A stretch of DNA of 64,000 bases from the IMG/VR virus record IMGVR_UViG_3300043464_002284, positions 173,916 through 237,915 of that record; one strand, given 5' to 3'. Position 1 is the first letter of the stretch, and every line of letters begins with the position of its first letter. A program made the translations under genes and the position numbers. The notes below the pieces were generated by a model. It saw only the letters and a list, made by a program, of their open reading frames with translations, had not been told where the DNA came from and searched no databases. Positions 26,293 through 36,771 of the stretch are shown one piece after another.

Positions 26293-27267
26293 TCATAAAA
26301 CCACATCAACGAGATTATTGCCTAATCCTATGATTCTCTCTTTTGTTCCTAATGTATGTACTAAATATGGCGATTCAACATTTAAATTATATTCAACATT
26401 AGGTAGGCCATAGTTGTCTGCTAGTTCACAGTATGTAGATGCGTATTGTGGATTTTGTTGCATAAAAAGGTTGAGCTTGTCAATGCTTCCGTCAAAATTC
26501 CTGATATGTGCAACTGTATTTCTGTTAAATTCTGAATTTTCATATATTTTGTTTAAGCTATTATGAAAACCTATGGGTATTTCGGTATCTAAGGTGCTCC
26601 ATATTGTTCTCTGGTAGTTTCCCCATATCCATTGACTATAATTGACTGGCCCAAGTGAGGGCTGTAGAGTTGAAATAAATCCTACTCCATGATGAAATAT
26701 TTGGACATTTGTTGCTAAAGAATTAAATCCACAATAAGTAAGATAGGGTAAGATATCATCTATAGCTAATCTGTCTCTATGATAATTAAAGTTTTTTAGA
26801 ACATATTGGTATGCTCTTTTTTTGATTATATATGCCCACCCTCCAGTTGATTTGAAATTTTTTGATAAATGAGGAGATATTGGTATGCAGTGTTTTCTTC
26901 CATTAAATCCGAGCAATACAACATCCCAATCAGAATCAAGTAGATGACTACACAGTTCTGGCAAATATTCTCTCAGTGGCAAGACGTTGCTGTCAAATAA
27001 AACGCTAACATTATTATATAACTGAAAGTCATCTTCAAAAACACAAACACTTTCATACCCTCTTTCATCAGATATTTCAAGTGCTCTAAAGTGGCTTTTG
27101 GTTGCAGAAGCCTGATGTAGGGAGTCTTTGAGTGCTTCTAATCTTGTTAGTCCTTGTATTTCAAACTCATCTATTTGTTTTTCTACATTGGATAATCTGT
27201 CTATAGAACTAGGTAAGTTTATATAAAAAGCATGATCAGATAATACATTGTTGTGTAATGAAAACAT
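26293..27267 (-). CDS. Glycosyltransferase family 25-like
   Basis: FYINLPSSIDRL, SHFRAL, CVFEDD, GGWAYIIKK, AIDD. Confidence 0.85.
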   Translation of the reverse strand: MFSLHNNVLSDHAFYINLPSSIDRLSNVEKQIDEFEIQGLTRLEALKDSLHQASATKSHFRALEISDERGYESVCVFEDDFQLYNNVSVLFDSNVLPLREYLPELCSHLLDSDWDVVLLGFNGRKHCIPISPHLSKNFKSTGGWAYIIKKRAYQYVLKNFNYHRDRLAIDDILPYLTYCGFNSLATNVQIFHHGVGFISTLQPSLGPVNYSQWIWGNYQRTIWSTLDTEIPIGFHNSLNKIYENSEFNRNTVAHIRNFDGSIDKLNLFMQQNPQYASTYCELADNYGLPNVEYNLNVESPYLVHTLGTKERIIGLGNNLVDVVL

Positions 27268-27924
27268 TTAGTTATTCAAATAAAAGTTGTGTGATTTTCT
27301 AGTATTATAATTCCGTTCGTCTTCGTTGTTGAAATTCCAATTTTTATTTGCTGTTGGATCAGATATGACATAATTGTGAGTAAATATCTGATTTTGAATA
27401 TATTTGTGTTTACCTAAAATTTTAGCCACTTCCATGTACTCATTATCACAGTAGATGCTTTTATATGTAGGATTGTATATAAAATTAAATCTATCATAAT
27501 ATTTTTTAGTCATTATGCATCCTATGTCTAATCTTTCTTCCCAGCTAGGATTCATATAGTGTAAAGTTCCATCCATATCTGGATGATACTCAATCATATT
27601 TTTCACTATGATGTCATCGTAATCTTGAACTATAGGGAACAGATCGTCTGCGGCTAATATCAGTATATCGTAATCATTGGCATTATCCATATCGGCATTT
27701 ATTGCTTCAATTTTATTGCTTGATGTTCCATAATAGTATTCTATATTGGATTTGTTATTCAGGTAGTTTTTTATTTCTTCTGAGTTCATGCTCTCGTCAT
27801 CAGTATCAAATGAACATATAAATTTAAGAGTGTGTTTATGTGATTGCTTATCTATATACTCTGATAATACTTGTTTAAATTTTTCTGGACGACCCCTAGA
27901 AGGGAATTTTATTAAGATTTTCAT
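27268..27924 (-). CDS. GT-A fold (GT2-like) glycosyltransferase
   Basis: LIKFPSRGRPE, SFDTDD, AINAD, LAADDLFP, YCDNE. Confidence 0.75.
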   Translation of the reverse strand: MKILIKFPSRGRPEKFKQVLSEYIDKQSHKHTLKFICSFDTDDESMNSEEIKNYLNNKSNIEYYYGTSSNKIEAINADMDNANDYDILILAADDLFPIVQDYDDIIVKNMIEYHPDMDGTLHYMNPSWEERLDIGCIMTKKYYDRFNFIYNPTYKSIYCDNEYMEVAKILGKHKYIQNQIFTHNYVISDPTANKNWNFNNEDERNYNTRKSHNFYLNN

Positions 27925-28496
27925 AGTCTTTTACTTTCTGTTTTTTGTGCCAATGATGTCCAGCCATTGGTTCCTGTATTTTTGATTATTTTATAGTGGT
28001 TGTTTTCTAGATAATTATACACATTAGATTTTAAATGTAGATTTTCAAAATATATATTCAGGATATTAAATCGGCTAAAATCAATTGTTTGTATTATTCC
28101 ATCATCTAGGCCCTCTGTATCAATAAATAATATATCTATAGTATTAATATTATATCTATCAAATAGACCGTTTATTGTTTGACATGCTATCTTTTTTTCT
28201 ATAATGCCGTCTTCATCATATCCGTGTTTCAGTATGTGGCTTTTGTCTAAAGATGCAACCTCATACAAAGGTCCATCATTTTTGTGATAATAAAAGCTTG
28301 TTTCTGTTGCATCATTCTTTATTGATACTGCTATGTTTTCTATATGTTTATTTTTGATATGACTATAGCATTTCTCTATGTCTGAATTATGAAAGTCTAA
28401 TGGTTCGACTAAAACAAGTAAGTCAATATCTTTGTTTTTAATGATTTCCGTTAGGTCATCATTTCCTTTACAAACGCCTAGCTGAAATATTTTCAT
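27921..28496 (-). CDS. FkbM family methyltransferase
   Basis: QLGVCKGND, LVEP, IDILFIDTEGLD, IYFE. Confidence 0.85.
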   Translation of the reverse strand: MKIFQLGVCKGNDDLTEIIKNKDIDLLVLVEPLDFHNSDIEKCYSHIKNKHIENIAVSIKNDATETSFYYHKNDGPLYEVASLDKSHILKHGYDEDGIIEKKIACQTINGLFDRYNINTIDILFIDTEGLDDGIIQTIDFSRFNILNIYFENLHLKSNVYNYLENNHYKIIKNTGTNGWTSLAQKTESKRL

Positions 28497-29368
28497 ACAA
28501 ATTCCTTGACTAATTTTATAAATTCAGACGCTCTATTTTGGTAGCTGTGATTTTTTATTACTTTATTGTATCCAGATTCAGCGATTTGTTTTGTCAGTCT
28601 TAGGTCGTTAATCAACATATTTGCTTTGTATGTTAAGTCTTGCATATTATGATATATGACAATATCTTCCATATCAATAAACAGTTTATCAATATTTTCT
28701 GTGTGGTTTGTTAATAGTGCCGTTTTACACGCTAGTGTCTCGAATACTCTGTAGTTTATATCTTTGCTTATTGTTTTGTTTAGATGTATATCATAGGTAT
28801 TAATAGCAGACACCATGTCGTAACCTATATGCCAAACATCTTTTTGTATATTTATATCTAGATTTTTTTCTAATTCCTTTATGAGAGATTCTCTTTCTGG
28901 AAAAAGAGTACCACAAAATCCTATGTTGTATAATTTATTTGCTTTAAAAATTGGTTGAATTAAATCAGTATCTACAGCGTTAGGAAAATAATATGTTTTA
29001 GCTCCCAGAGCAGAAAAATGTTCTTGATCAGATTCTATTGAGCATAGAACGCCGTCTATTTTATGCTTTTGAACAGTTACCTTGTGAGCATTTAAATTAC
29101 AGTGAGAATCTATGCTCCAAAAAAATTTAGGTATTTTTATAGAAGATAGATCTGGTACCCAAGACGTTGTGTCGTAATTTTCTAGTAACAATACAGCATC
29201 ATGAGATGTGACTAAATCTTGAATATTGCTGGGGTGGTTGGGGTAGTTAAGACCCCAAACTGTACAGGAGTCACCATTTTTTTCAAAAGCTCTTTGAAGA
29301 CTCAGTGATTCTCTAAATAATTGATTTTTTTCGTGCCGACCCTTTTCTTGAATAATTAGTATTTTCAT
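28493..29368 (-). CDS. CgeB-like GT-B glycosyltransferase
   Basis: GFCGT...R, INYRVFETLAC...LLT, DIVIY, HSYQNRA. Confidence 0.85.
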   Translation of the reverse strand: MKILIIQEKGRHEKNQLFRESLSLQRAFEKNGDSCTVWGLNYPNHPSNIQDLVTSHDAVLLLENYDTTSWVPDLSSIKIPKFFWSIDSHCNLNAHKVTVQKHKIDGVLCSIESDQEHFSALGAKTYYFPNAVDTDLIQPIFKANKLYNIGFCGTLFPERESLIKELEKNLDINIQKDVWHIGYDMVSAINTYDIHLNKTISKDINYRVFETLACKTALLTNHTENIDKLFIDMEDIVIYHNMQDLTYKANMLINDLRLTKQIAESGYNKVIKNHSYQNRASEFIKLVKEFV

Positions 29369-29379
29369 TATTTAATTAT

Positions 29380-29991
29380 TTATTGTGGTATAAAAAATGT
29401 ATTACCAGAAGTTTTTGCATATTCTTTATAGTTTATGCTTTTAATAAAATCAATCAGAACGTATGTTTCCATGCTGTGTTCTACGCAAACAAGAGATGGT
29501 CTATTTTTAGTCCAGTCATTTGATGATAATACCTCCATATCCACACCTTCTGCATCTACACTTAAAAAGTCTACTAAATTATTATTTATGATACTATTTA
29601 GTGTTTTTGTTTGCGTTTTCACTGGATGATATTCAAACTTATCTCCGTGTTTTGATATCACTCTATTTTTAAAAGATTCAGAAATAGTAGAAACACAGGC
29701 ATCCTGTCCAGTAGAATACATAAAAAAATCGACTTCAGTTTCTTTATTTAAACAGGCGTTATTTAGTATAGTTATTTGATCATTATTACCATATAGTGAT
29801 TTTAGTGTTTCAAAAAAAACAGGGTGTGGTTCTACCAGAATTCCTCTCCAATTATATTGTTCTACTAAATATCTTGTATTAGAATAAGTAATCCCATCCA
29901 TTGCTCCTATATCCACAAAAAATCCATTTGTTTTCCCATTAAAAAATGGAATTATTATTGATTCCTCACCATATTGTGCATAAAATGACAT
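29380..29991 (-). CDS. FkbM family methyltransferase
   Basis: YAQYGEE, FVDIGAMDGITYSNT, GILVEP, DFLSVDAEG. Confidence 0.9.
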   Translation of the reverse strand: MSFYAQYGEESIIIPFFNGKTNGFFVDIGAMDGITYSNTRYLVEQYNWRGILVEPHPVFFETLKSLYGNNDQITILNNACLNKETEVDFFMYSTGQDACVSTISESFKNRVISKHGDKFEYHPVKTQTKTLNSIINNNLVDFLSVDAEGVDMEVLSSNDWTKNRPSLVCVEHSMETYVLIDFIKSINYKEYAKTSGNTFFIPQ

Positions 29992-30005
29992 AAATATTCC
30001 TAATA

Positions 30006-30692
30006 TTATAACATTGTGTAGTGATCTGGGTGTCTATTATTATATTCGTCATATATTTCTCCAACAAATCCACTATTTGTTCTTTCTGTTGGAAATGACT
30101 TGCTTTGATTCTCATCCAAAAGACGATATGAATCATGAATAAAAGAATACTCTTTAACTTTAGGATAGACGTATTCTCTTAGAAAGTTTTGATCAACTTG
30201 CCAGAAATTACCGTCCTCTGGAACAACCATAGCAATCTCCAGCCTGTTTAGTAAATTATTCCTACATCCCCACATTCCTCCTAATATAGCGGTATTGTGA
30301 TAAGGATGATCTCTCATAATATGAAAATCTTTATCGGAAGCCAACCATTCAGCAACAGCGTCCCCTTCCCTACTGCTTAATCTACTGTCAGCATCACGAG
30401 AAAGCATAACGTCTATCTTTTCATCGAAAGCCGGAAGAAATCTCCAAAACATTCCGGTCCAATTCCCCGGCTGATCCATAAAAATCAACTCAGTATTATC
30501 TATTCTTCTAAGAACGGCTACAGTAGATGATGGAACAGACTGACCTAGATAAACAATGGTTTTCCAGTCAGGGTATATTTGTAATCTCAGTTTAGCATTT
30601 TCTATTACCCCAATATTATATTTGGGATGATTTCCCCATAGACTGAAACATACTGCTTTGGTCATAGGTTTCCCGTGATTCTCTCGCACCAT
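30006..30692 (-). CDS. GT-A-like putative glycosyltransferase; start probably MTKAVCFSLWG (30664)
   Basis: FSLWG..PKY, GMFWRF, SRDADSR (DxD), FHIMRDHPYH, ILGGMWG. Confidence 0.6.
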   Translation of the reverse strand: MVRENHGKPMTKAVCFSLWGNHPKYNIGVIENAKLRLQIYPDWKTIVYLGQSVPSSTVAVLRRIDNTELIFMDQPGNWTGMFWRFLPAFDEKIDVMLSRDADSRLSSREGDAVAEWLASDKDFHIMRDHPYHNTAILGGMWGCRNNLLNRLEIAMVVPEDGNFWQVDQNFLREYVYPKVKEYSFIHDSYRLLDENQSKSFPTERTNSGFVGEIYDEYNNRHPDHYTML

Positions 30693-31936
30693 CCTTTTGA
30701 TTTGCTATAAGGCCACACAACCCAGTATTTGGGTTTAATATCAGTAGAGAATTCTCTCCAAATTTTACAGTATTTATCAGGGTCATTTTTCATCATATTG
30801 ATTTCATTGTCGTCTGCATCTTTTCGGAATAGGGTATTATCGTGCTCATCGTGGAATGCAACTACCCAGAAATCATAATCGGTTTCTGGAACCCTTTCGT
30901 ATCCAACATCTATACAATGTTTGAAAATCTTTAACAGAGCAATATCAAATTCTTCGTCAGAAGCATTTTGTAAAAGATCAGGAGGAGCTTTATGGTCTAA
31001 TACGTGTCTCTGGATAGCTCTTTTACCGAATGATAGTCCAGAATATTTTTCATAATCTCTTAGTGATCTAACTTTTCCAAATCCATAGGGTCCGAAATCA
31101 ATATCTCTTTTTTCTCCATCCATTTCAAAGAGTTTTCTATTTCTCAGATGAGATTCGTTATTTCTATTGACCCAGATAGGATCGTCGTCCCATTGTTTTG
31201 TTCGTCCTTTTCTGGTATATTCATGCCAACAAACAACTTTATGAGGATGATATAAGTCATATCCCTGAGTATAGGCTCTGGCTGCTATGCTTATTTCTTC
31301 TCCATGAAAATAATAATTAGGATCATGCTTTACTTCTTTGCAAAATTCTCCGACAGTAAAAGCAAAATGAGCACTATAAAATCTAGCTGGTAAAGGCTTA
31401 GTTTTATCGTCCCATGAATCAAATGATGCAGGAAGAAAAAAGACAGCTCCTTCTGGTATAAATCTATCAAAATTCATTTTCCATGGTTCTTGAACCCTCG
31501 CGGCTGGATCGTTATCTGGATCAAAACTGGGGATATAAGCCGTTAATAGGGGTTTGGGACTTCCGTTTTTTTGTAGTTCGGTTATCATTTCTATTAATGT
31601 TTCATCCCAATCTTGAACAAATCTATGATGACTATCGAGTTGTAGAGTATATTTTTCTCCTTGATATAATGCCTGAACAGCATTTCTGGCCCAGCATACA
31701 CCCTTGGACTCTTTGTAGTTTACGTCTAGGATTCTAAATCTTGAATCGTTTTTATATTCAGATATATCATCCCAATCATCTCCGTCTTTATGTTGCCATG
31801 CTATCCCGATCCTTAAATTTTCTGGATATTTAGCTTTCTCTATCATGTCCTTGAGAGTGGGGGATAGTTGAGGATCTCTATAAGCGGCTATTTGTACAAA
31901 AATTGTATTAGTTTTCTCTTCGCTCATGGGCTTCAT
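30662..31936 (-). CDS. GT60-like GlcNAc transferase (Skp1 hydroxyproline GlcNAc-transferase Gnt1 family)
   Basis: IFVQIAAYRDPQL, GVCWAR, LQLDSHHRF..WDETL, KPLLTAY, SAHFAF, FHGEE..IAARAYTQGYDLYHP, HEY. Confidence 0.85.
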   Translation of the reverse strand: MKPMSEEKTNTIFVQIAAYRDPQLSPTLKDMIEKAKYPENLRIGIAWQHKDGDDWDDISEYKNDSRFRILDVNYKESKGVCWARNAVQALYQGEKYTLQLDSHHRFVQDWDETLIEMITELQKNGSPKPLLTAYIPSFDPDNDPAARVQEPWKMNFDRFIPEGAVFFLPASFDSWDDKTKPLPARFYSAHFAFTVGEFCKEVKHDPNYYFHGEEISIAARAYTQGYDLYHPHKVVCWHEYTRKGRTKQWDDDPIWVNRNNESHLRNRKLFEMDGEKRDIDFGPYGFGKVRSLRDYEKYSGLSFGKRAIQRHVLDHKAPPDLLQNASDEEFDIALLKIFKHCIDVGYERVPETDYDFWVVAFHDEHDNTLFRKDADDNEINMMKNDPDKYCKIWREFSTDIKPKYWVVWPYSKSKGWCERITGNL

Positions 31937-33560
31937 AAAAATGTACTCTGTTGTGTGTTATGGGGCTTGCAAGTAGTATTGCTGATCTAATTTTATCTTC
32001 TCTGGTTAAACTATAAATATGACTCATCCATGTTTGTTCGTAAGGATGAGCCCATGTAGTATCTAAAAATAGTTTTTGATTGCCTTCTTGATCTATAATA
32101 TGAGGCCAATTGGAGTAGTAAATCTCTCCTTCAGCATAAGGATTCTGATTTAGCGTTTTAATAGCCTTGAATTTTGTAAATGGTTTTTTATTAATAGGAC
32201 CAAAGTATTCTATTTTCTTTGCCATTGGTACATTATGCCAACTCCACTGTTCTCCATTATGGCCATAAAATTCGCTAAAGCTAAACTTTAGAAAATCGTA
32301 CTCTTCAGTATCCATTATTCTAATAACACTATTAAAAAGATCATTGACATATTTAGATAATCCGAAATCGCATCTAGTATTTTTTTCTAGATCTATTAAC
32401 ATGTCGTCTTCAAAAAACATCATATACTTAGAGCCTAAATCCCTAAAATGTTCAGCTGCTAATTGTCTGCCTCCGCAAACTCCTATATTTCCTTTTCTTA
32501 TCTCGGTAAAACCATATTCCGATGAAATTCTATCGTATGCAGGGAAGAGTTCTTCTTTTGTGGTATTATTAATTAGATACTTATCTGTTTTCTTCAGAAA
32601 ATTGGCATCATATTTTTCGAATGAGTCTAGAACCATCTGCAACTGCGCTGGCGAATTAAATGCATTAATATACAAAACATTATTATTGTTCGAGGGCTGT
32701 TTGCGTTTTGTTACTTTAGACTCAAGTGTTGTGGTGTTGTTTTTGACATTCTCAAAAAAAGTACTAATTAATCCATCTTCATTGATTTTTTCGTATTCAT
32801 AAATATCTGGTTGAAGGTATGTCATTAGGGTAAATATGCTTTCTTCAGTACCCATAAAACCTTCGGATAGAGAATCTCTTAGGAGTCCATAGTAAAGTTC
32901 ATTGGCTTGGGATATGTATTCTTTATGTCCACCAAAAAATCCACCTCTAGCTACCCTATTCACTGTAGGAGAGTTAGCGAATTTTTTCATGCCATTAATG
33001 TCAAAACCATGAATTTCAGTAGACGTTTCATAAGGAAAACATATAAACATAAATTTTTTAACTAATTTGTCTATTTTTTCCATCACTTTGTCATGTGTAA
33101 AATAGCCGGGGTGAACAGTATTGGTAATACCACCATCAAGCCAGAATAGATAATCAGTATTAAAGAAATTAAATACTTTAGCATTATGTAATAAAAACAT
33201 CTTGCTCATAACCATAGGATTATACCACTCCATAGATCCTTGGGTACTATCTTTAAGCCAGCCTACTTGGTTTTGCCACTCGGGATTATTTCTTATTTCC
33301 TGAACTCTGTCAAAAAACGGGAAAAATGGTGACGTAAACTGGTCCTTTGAGTGATAAACTACTCTTGTGTTTTCTTTATTCCTTATTTCCCAAACGATAT
33401 CTTCTATAGAAGGGTCTATAAAAATACACATGGGTATCTCTTTAGCAGATAGTAGTCTCTTGAAATTGGTTAGATAGTGATCAAATCCTCTACTCCAACC
33501 CCCCTTTGCTTCACCTCTTCCGAGATCCCATACGCCAGTTACTATTGTGGAATTTATCAT
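31908..33560 (-). CDS. HtrL/YibB-like domain fused to a GT-A domain
   Basis: TIVTGVWDLGR, YNPMVMSKMFLL, N.FNTDYLFWLDGG, GGFFGG, EESI; C-terminal FFEDDM. Confidence 0.8.
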   Translation of the reverse strand: MINSTIVTGVWDLGRGEAKGGWSRGFDHYLTNFKRLLSAKEIPMCIFIDPSIEDIVWEIRNKENTRVVYHSKDQFTSPFFPFFDRVQEIRNNPEWQNQVGWLKDSTQGSMEWYNPMVMSKMFLLHNAKVFNFFNTDYLFWLDGGITNTVHPGYFTHDKVMEKIDKLVKKFMFICFPYETSTEIHGFDINGMKKFANSPTVNRVARGGFFGGHKEYISQANELYYGLLRDSLSEGFMGTEESIFTLMTYLQPDIYEYEKINEDGLISTFFENVKNNTTTLESKVTKRKQPSNNNNVLYINAFNSPAQLQMVLDSFEKYDANFLKKTDKYLINNTTKEELFPAYDRISSEYGFTEIRKGNIGVCGGRQLAAEHFRDLGSKYMMFFEDDMLIDLEKNTRCDFGLSKYVNDLFNSVIRIMDTEEYDFLKFSFSEFYGHNGEQWSWHNVPMAKKIEYFGPINKKPFTKFKAIKTLNQNPYAEGEIYYSNWPHIIDQEGNQKLFLDTTWAHPYEQTWMSHIYSLTREDKIRSAILLASPITHNRVHFYEAHERREN

Positions 33561-33604
33561 TGATATGGATTAGTTATAAAGAGGTTATCTGCCCGGCCTG
33601 CATA

Positions 33605-33684
33605 ATATTATTCCTTCTCCATCTGGTTGTCAATGCTTAATTTTTTTAGCAACATCTTGACTTTTTGAAAGATACGATTATACT
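33605..33684. promoter_or_regulatory. Divergent sigma70-type promoter pair driving both arms of the glycosylation island
   Basis: Minus: TTGACA (33633-33628)-17-TAATAT; plus: TTGACT (33657)-16-TATACT. Confidence 0.65.
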
Positions 33685-33735
33685 AATATTGGTTGTCGGT
33701 TTGAAAATTAATACGATTTTTTTAGCGAAAAGGCA

Positions 33736-33933
33736 ATGAAAAAGCAGAATAATGAAGGTGAATGGGACAAGAAGGAAGCAAGAAGAAAAAAGCTTCAGGA
33801 AAAGAGCCTATTTAAGGACGATCCCAAAAACGAAAAAACAGTGTCTCATTCTCTAAAGAAAGAGCTTAAAAAGAAAAAGCAGGAAATAGACGAAGAAGAG
33901 TGGGAAGATTGGGACAGGCATTATAATAGATAA
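33736..33933 (+). CDS. Small charged hypothetical protein
   Basis: K/E-rich. Confidence 0.6.
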   Translation: MKKQNNEGEWDKKEARRKKLQEKSLFKDDPKNEKTVSHSLKKELKKKKQEIDEEEWEDWDRHYNR

Positions 33934-33935
33934 TC

Positions 33936-34190
33936 ATGGAAAAATTTATCGAGGAACTCGGTGCTGGGGACATCTTTGAGGTAGAAAATCAAAGATTTGT
34001 AATAACATCTGATTTTAAGAAAAATGGAGATAGGCTTTGCATAAATCTTAATACTGGAAACGTTAGATGGTTTAAATCAGATTCTCACGTTATTCATATT
34101 AGTCTATATGCAATGGATAATAATAACAATTTTCATCCTATAAAAGAGATTAAATCAGATGTATCTACTAAAATTCAAAGTATTTTTTAA
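33936..34190 (+). CDS. Hypothetical protein
   Basis: Operonic packing. Confidence 0.6.
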   Translation: MEKFIEELGAGDIFEVENQRFVITSDFKKNGDRLCINLNTGNVRWFKSDSHVIHISLYAMDNNNNFHPIKEIKSDVSTKIQSIF

Positions 34191-34407
34191 GTCCTTGCTA
34201 TTTCATGTTTATTCAGGATTCCCAAAATCCACACAACAGCAAATCAACGATAGATACTCTATATGTATATCTTGTGAAAAATTCAATAAACAGAAATCAG
34301 AGTGTTCAGTTTGTGGATGTCTTATAGGAAAGAAAAAAAGATTTCTCAATAAATTAGCATGGGCAGATCAAGAATGCCCGATAGGCAAATGGAATAAACT
34401 CATTTAA
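34159..34407 (+). CDS. Small Cys-rich zinc-binding phage protein
   Basis: RYSICISC...CSVCGC...K...CPIGKW. Confidence 0.7.
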   Translation: MYLLKFKVFFKSLLFHVYSGFPKSTQQQINDRYSICISCEKFNKQKSECSVCGCLIGKKKRFLNKLAWADQECPIGKWNKLI

Positions 34408-34419
34408 TGGAGACCAATA

Positions 34420-34971
34420 ATGCAAACCAAAACAAGACAAAACCAAAACTATTATTTGATCAACAATAACGATATCTTTGAGTGCATCAAAAAAAGAACC
34501 CAAGCAGAAAGTAACGGATCAACAGTTATTGTTCCGCATGTATGTAATAATATTGATTTGTTTGACGCTGGCTTCGCTGGGCAAGTTGCACAATATTATC
34601 CAGAAGTAAAAGCCAATTATCACATGCTTGGAAAAACCTTTTTGAAAAACAATTTAGGACATGCACAAATAATTAAAGTTTATGAGCAACCAAAATACAA
34701 ACACAAACTATATTTTGTTAATATGATTTCTCAGAATGGGGTACGTAGTCCCAAAAATCCAAGACCCTTAAACTATGCGGCTTTAATAAGAAGCATGATC
34801 CATGTTAGTCAATTTATTCATAGTAACACTTCTTTTTTCCAAAAAAACGAAAACGTAGAAATCCATGCTCCTAAATTTGGGAGCGGCCTTGCTGGGGGTA
34901 ATTGGAATTTTATTAATGATTTGATTGATGATATTTGGTCAAAATATTCAGTATACATATATAATCAATAA
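34420..34971 (+). CDS. Macro domain (Appr-1''-p processing; T4 tk.4-like) protein
   Basis: PHVCNN...AGFA, VNMISQ, APKFGSGLAGGNW. Confidence 0.85.
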   Translation: MQTKTRQNQNYYLINNNDIFECIKKRTQAESNGSTVIVPHVCNNIDLFDAGFAGQVAQYYPEVKANYHMLGKTFLKNNLGHAQIIKVYEQPKYKHKLYFVNMISQNGVRSPKNPRPLNYAALIRSMIHVSQFIHSNTSFFQKNENVEIHAPKFGSGLAGGNWNFINDLIDDIWSKYSVYIYNQ

Positions 34972-34985
34972 GATATACTATTATT

Positions 34986-35648
34986 ATGAAAATACTAATT
35001 CTAGGCGGAACACAAATGCTAGGCAGGGATCTCGTTGAAAGATTACGAGATAATACAAATTATGACATAACTTTGGCTAATAGAGGAATAACTAATTCTA
35101 ATATTTTTCCAGAACTTAAACGTATAAAGCTAGATAGAAACAATAAAGAATCCTGTCTAGTATTGTCTAATAACGCTTATGATTATATACTAGATTTTTC
35201 TTGTTATAATTTAGCACAATTTCAAAATACCTGTCACTCAATACGCGGGAATAACTACATATATATATCCACACTTGGTGTTTTTGATGTTTCTGACGAT
35301 AACTACCTAAGTAATGATACTCCATATAGAAGATATATAAACTATTGTATAGACAAAAAAAGTATAGAACAATATATTTCTCAAACAGAATTTGCTTACA
35401 ACATCTTTATTATCAGACCATGTATCATATACGGAGAAAATGACTATACTCAAAGATTTGAACAAAGAAATAACATATACTATTGGAAGGGGACCGACAC
35501 CAAAGCAGACGAAGCAACTAATTGTGTAAATGTCTCAGTTGTTACACAAAAACTAGTAGGAATCTTAGAGAATGAGACCGAAAACAATAACAAAAAACAA
35601 ATTATTAATATAGGAAAAATACCCAATGCTCCAATATCAGCTCAATAG
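34986..35648 (+). CDS. NAD-dependent epimerase/dehydratase (SDR)
   Basis: ILILGGTQMLG, YIYIST, YCIDK, IRPCIIYG. Confidence 0.8.
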   Translation: MKILILGGTQMLGRDLVERLRDNTNYDITLANRGITNSNIFPELKRIKLDRNNKESCLVLSNNAYDYILDFSCYNLAQFQNTCHSIRGNNYIYISTLGVFDVSDDNYLSNDTPYRRYINYCIDKKSIEQYISQTEFAYNIFIIRPCIIYGENDYTQRFEQRNNIYYWKGTDTKADEATNCVNVSVVTQKLVGILENETENNNKKQIINIGKIPNAPISAQ

Positions 35649-36534
35649 AGATCCCAATTTACTTGAATCTCTGAAAGCACACAGCTATATCAATTCAAAT
35701 ATAAATATTGAGTACTACGATACTCCATTCCACCACATCCTTCTGAATAATGTCTTCACCCCTGAAGCATATCAATTATTGTGTGATAATTTTAGCGAAT
35801 ATATTAGCAGAACAGGACCATACAAAGACCAGCCAGGAGCGGTTCATGATTATGCCGGATATATATATGGCTTAAAAACAGCAGATTGTACTAATGGATA
35901 TGATTTCTTTATAAGTCCTATTTGGAAAAATTTTTGTTCTAGTATATTTAACATAGAGACAAATCAATATACTGCACTTAGCGCTCATTGGCATAAATCT
36001 CCAGCTAAACCTGGATTTGTACATAAAGACTTAAATATATGCTCAACATTACCGTCTAACGATGAAAATATTCAACTTACCGGCAATTGTTATTATTCTG
36101 ATGATTCTATAGACACACAACCCAACACCATTAAAATAATACGAAGCATAGCCCTCTTGTTTTATTTTAACAATAAAGACATTTTGGAAGAAAACGACAA
36201 GGGAGGAACAAGCATATATACAAATTGGAATTTTGATAGTTTTGTAAAAGAGATTAAACCAGTTAACAATAGTCTTTTTATATTTGAGGTTTGTCCTGAT
36301 TCTTTTCATGGATTTTCTGGAGCAAATTTCGATAGATCCAGTGTTGTACAATGGTTCCATTCTTCTCCAGCAGCACACCTTCATAGGCATTTAGATCGGG
36401 TCAAATATTATCATAAACACCATAATATGGCATACGAAAGATGGAACAGAAACAATAATCCGTGGCCAATAGAGCATGATGTTGAGTACCATAAATATTT
36501 CCAAAAAGACTTTCACAGTACGCTAAACGATTAG
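35626..36534 (+). CDS. 2OG-Fe(II) oxygenase (prolyl-hydroxylase-like)
   Basis: PFHHILLNNVF, HKD facial motif, GGT, KP..NSLFIF, SFHG, R for 2OG. Confidence 0.8.
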   Translation: MLQYQLNRDPNLLESLKAHSYINSNINIEYYDTPFHHILLNNVFTPEAYQLLCDNFSEYISRTGPYKDQPGAVHDYAGYIYGLKTADCTNGYDFFISPIWKNFCSSIFNIETNQYTALSAHWHKSPAKPGFVHKDLNICSTLPSNDENIQLTGNCYYSDDSIDTQPNTIKIIRSIALLFYFNNKDILEENDKGGTSIYTNWNFDSFVKEIKPVNNSLFIFEVCPDSFHGFSGANFDRSSVVQWFHSSPAAHLHRHLDRVKYYHKHHNMAYERWNRNNNPWPIEHDVEYHKYFQKDFHSTLND

Positions 36535-36555
36535 ACAGAAGACAAAAGAAAAGCA

Positions 36556-36584
36556 TTGCCTAGTCCCAGCGTCCCATGTATAAT
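36556..36584 (+). promoter_or_regulatory. sigma70-type promoter
   Basis: TTGCCT-17-TATAAT. Confidence 0.65.
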
Positions 36585-36623
36585 GTAATACTGGGAAAAG
36601 TCTACACTTTGGAGTAACATATT

Positions 36624-36764
36624 GTGCTTGGTTTTATTCTCGTCCTAACAGCGATATACGCTATCTTGAAAGCCCTTTGTGAAATACATGTCAATAGCAC
36701 AGATCCCTCAAAGAGCGTAAAATCCTCAAAAAACCTAATTTCTTTTTTATTCAATCTGGACTGA
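36624..36764 (+). CDS. Small membrane peptide (46 aa, GTG start, not in track)
   Basis: GGAG 9 nt upstream; MLGFILVLTAIYAILKALCEIHV... Confidence 0.45.
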   Translation: MLGFILVLTAIYAILKALCEIHVNSTDPSKSVKSSKNLISFLFNLD

Positions 36765-36771
36765 ATCCCAA

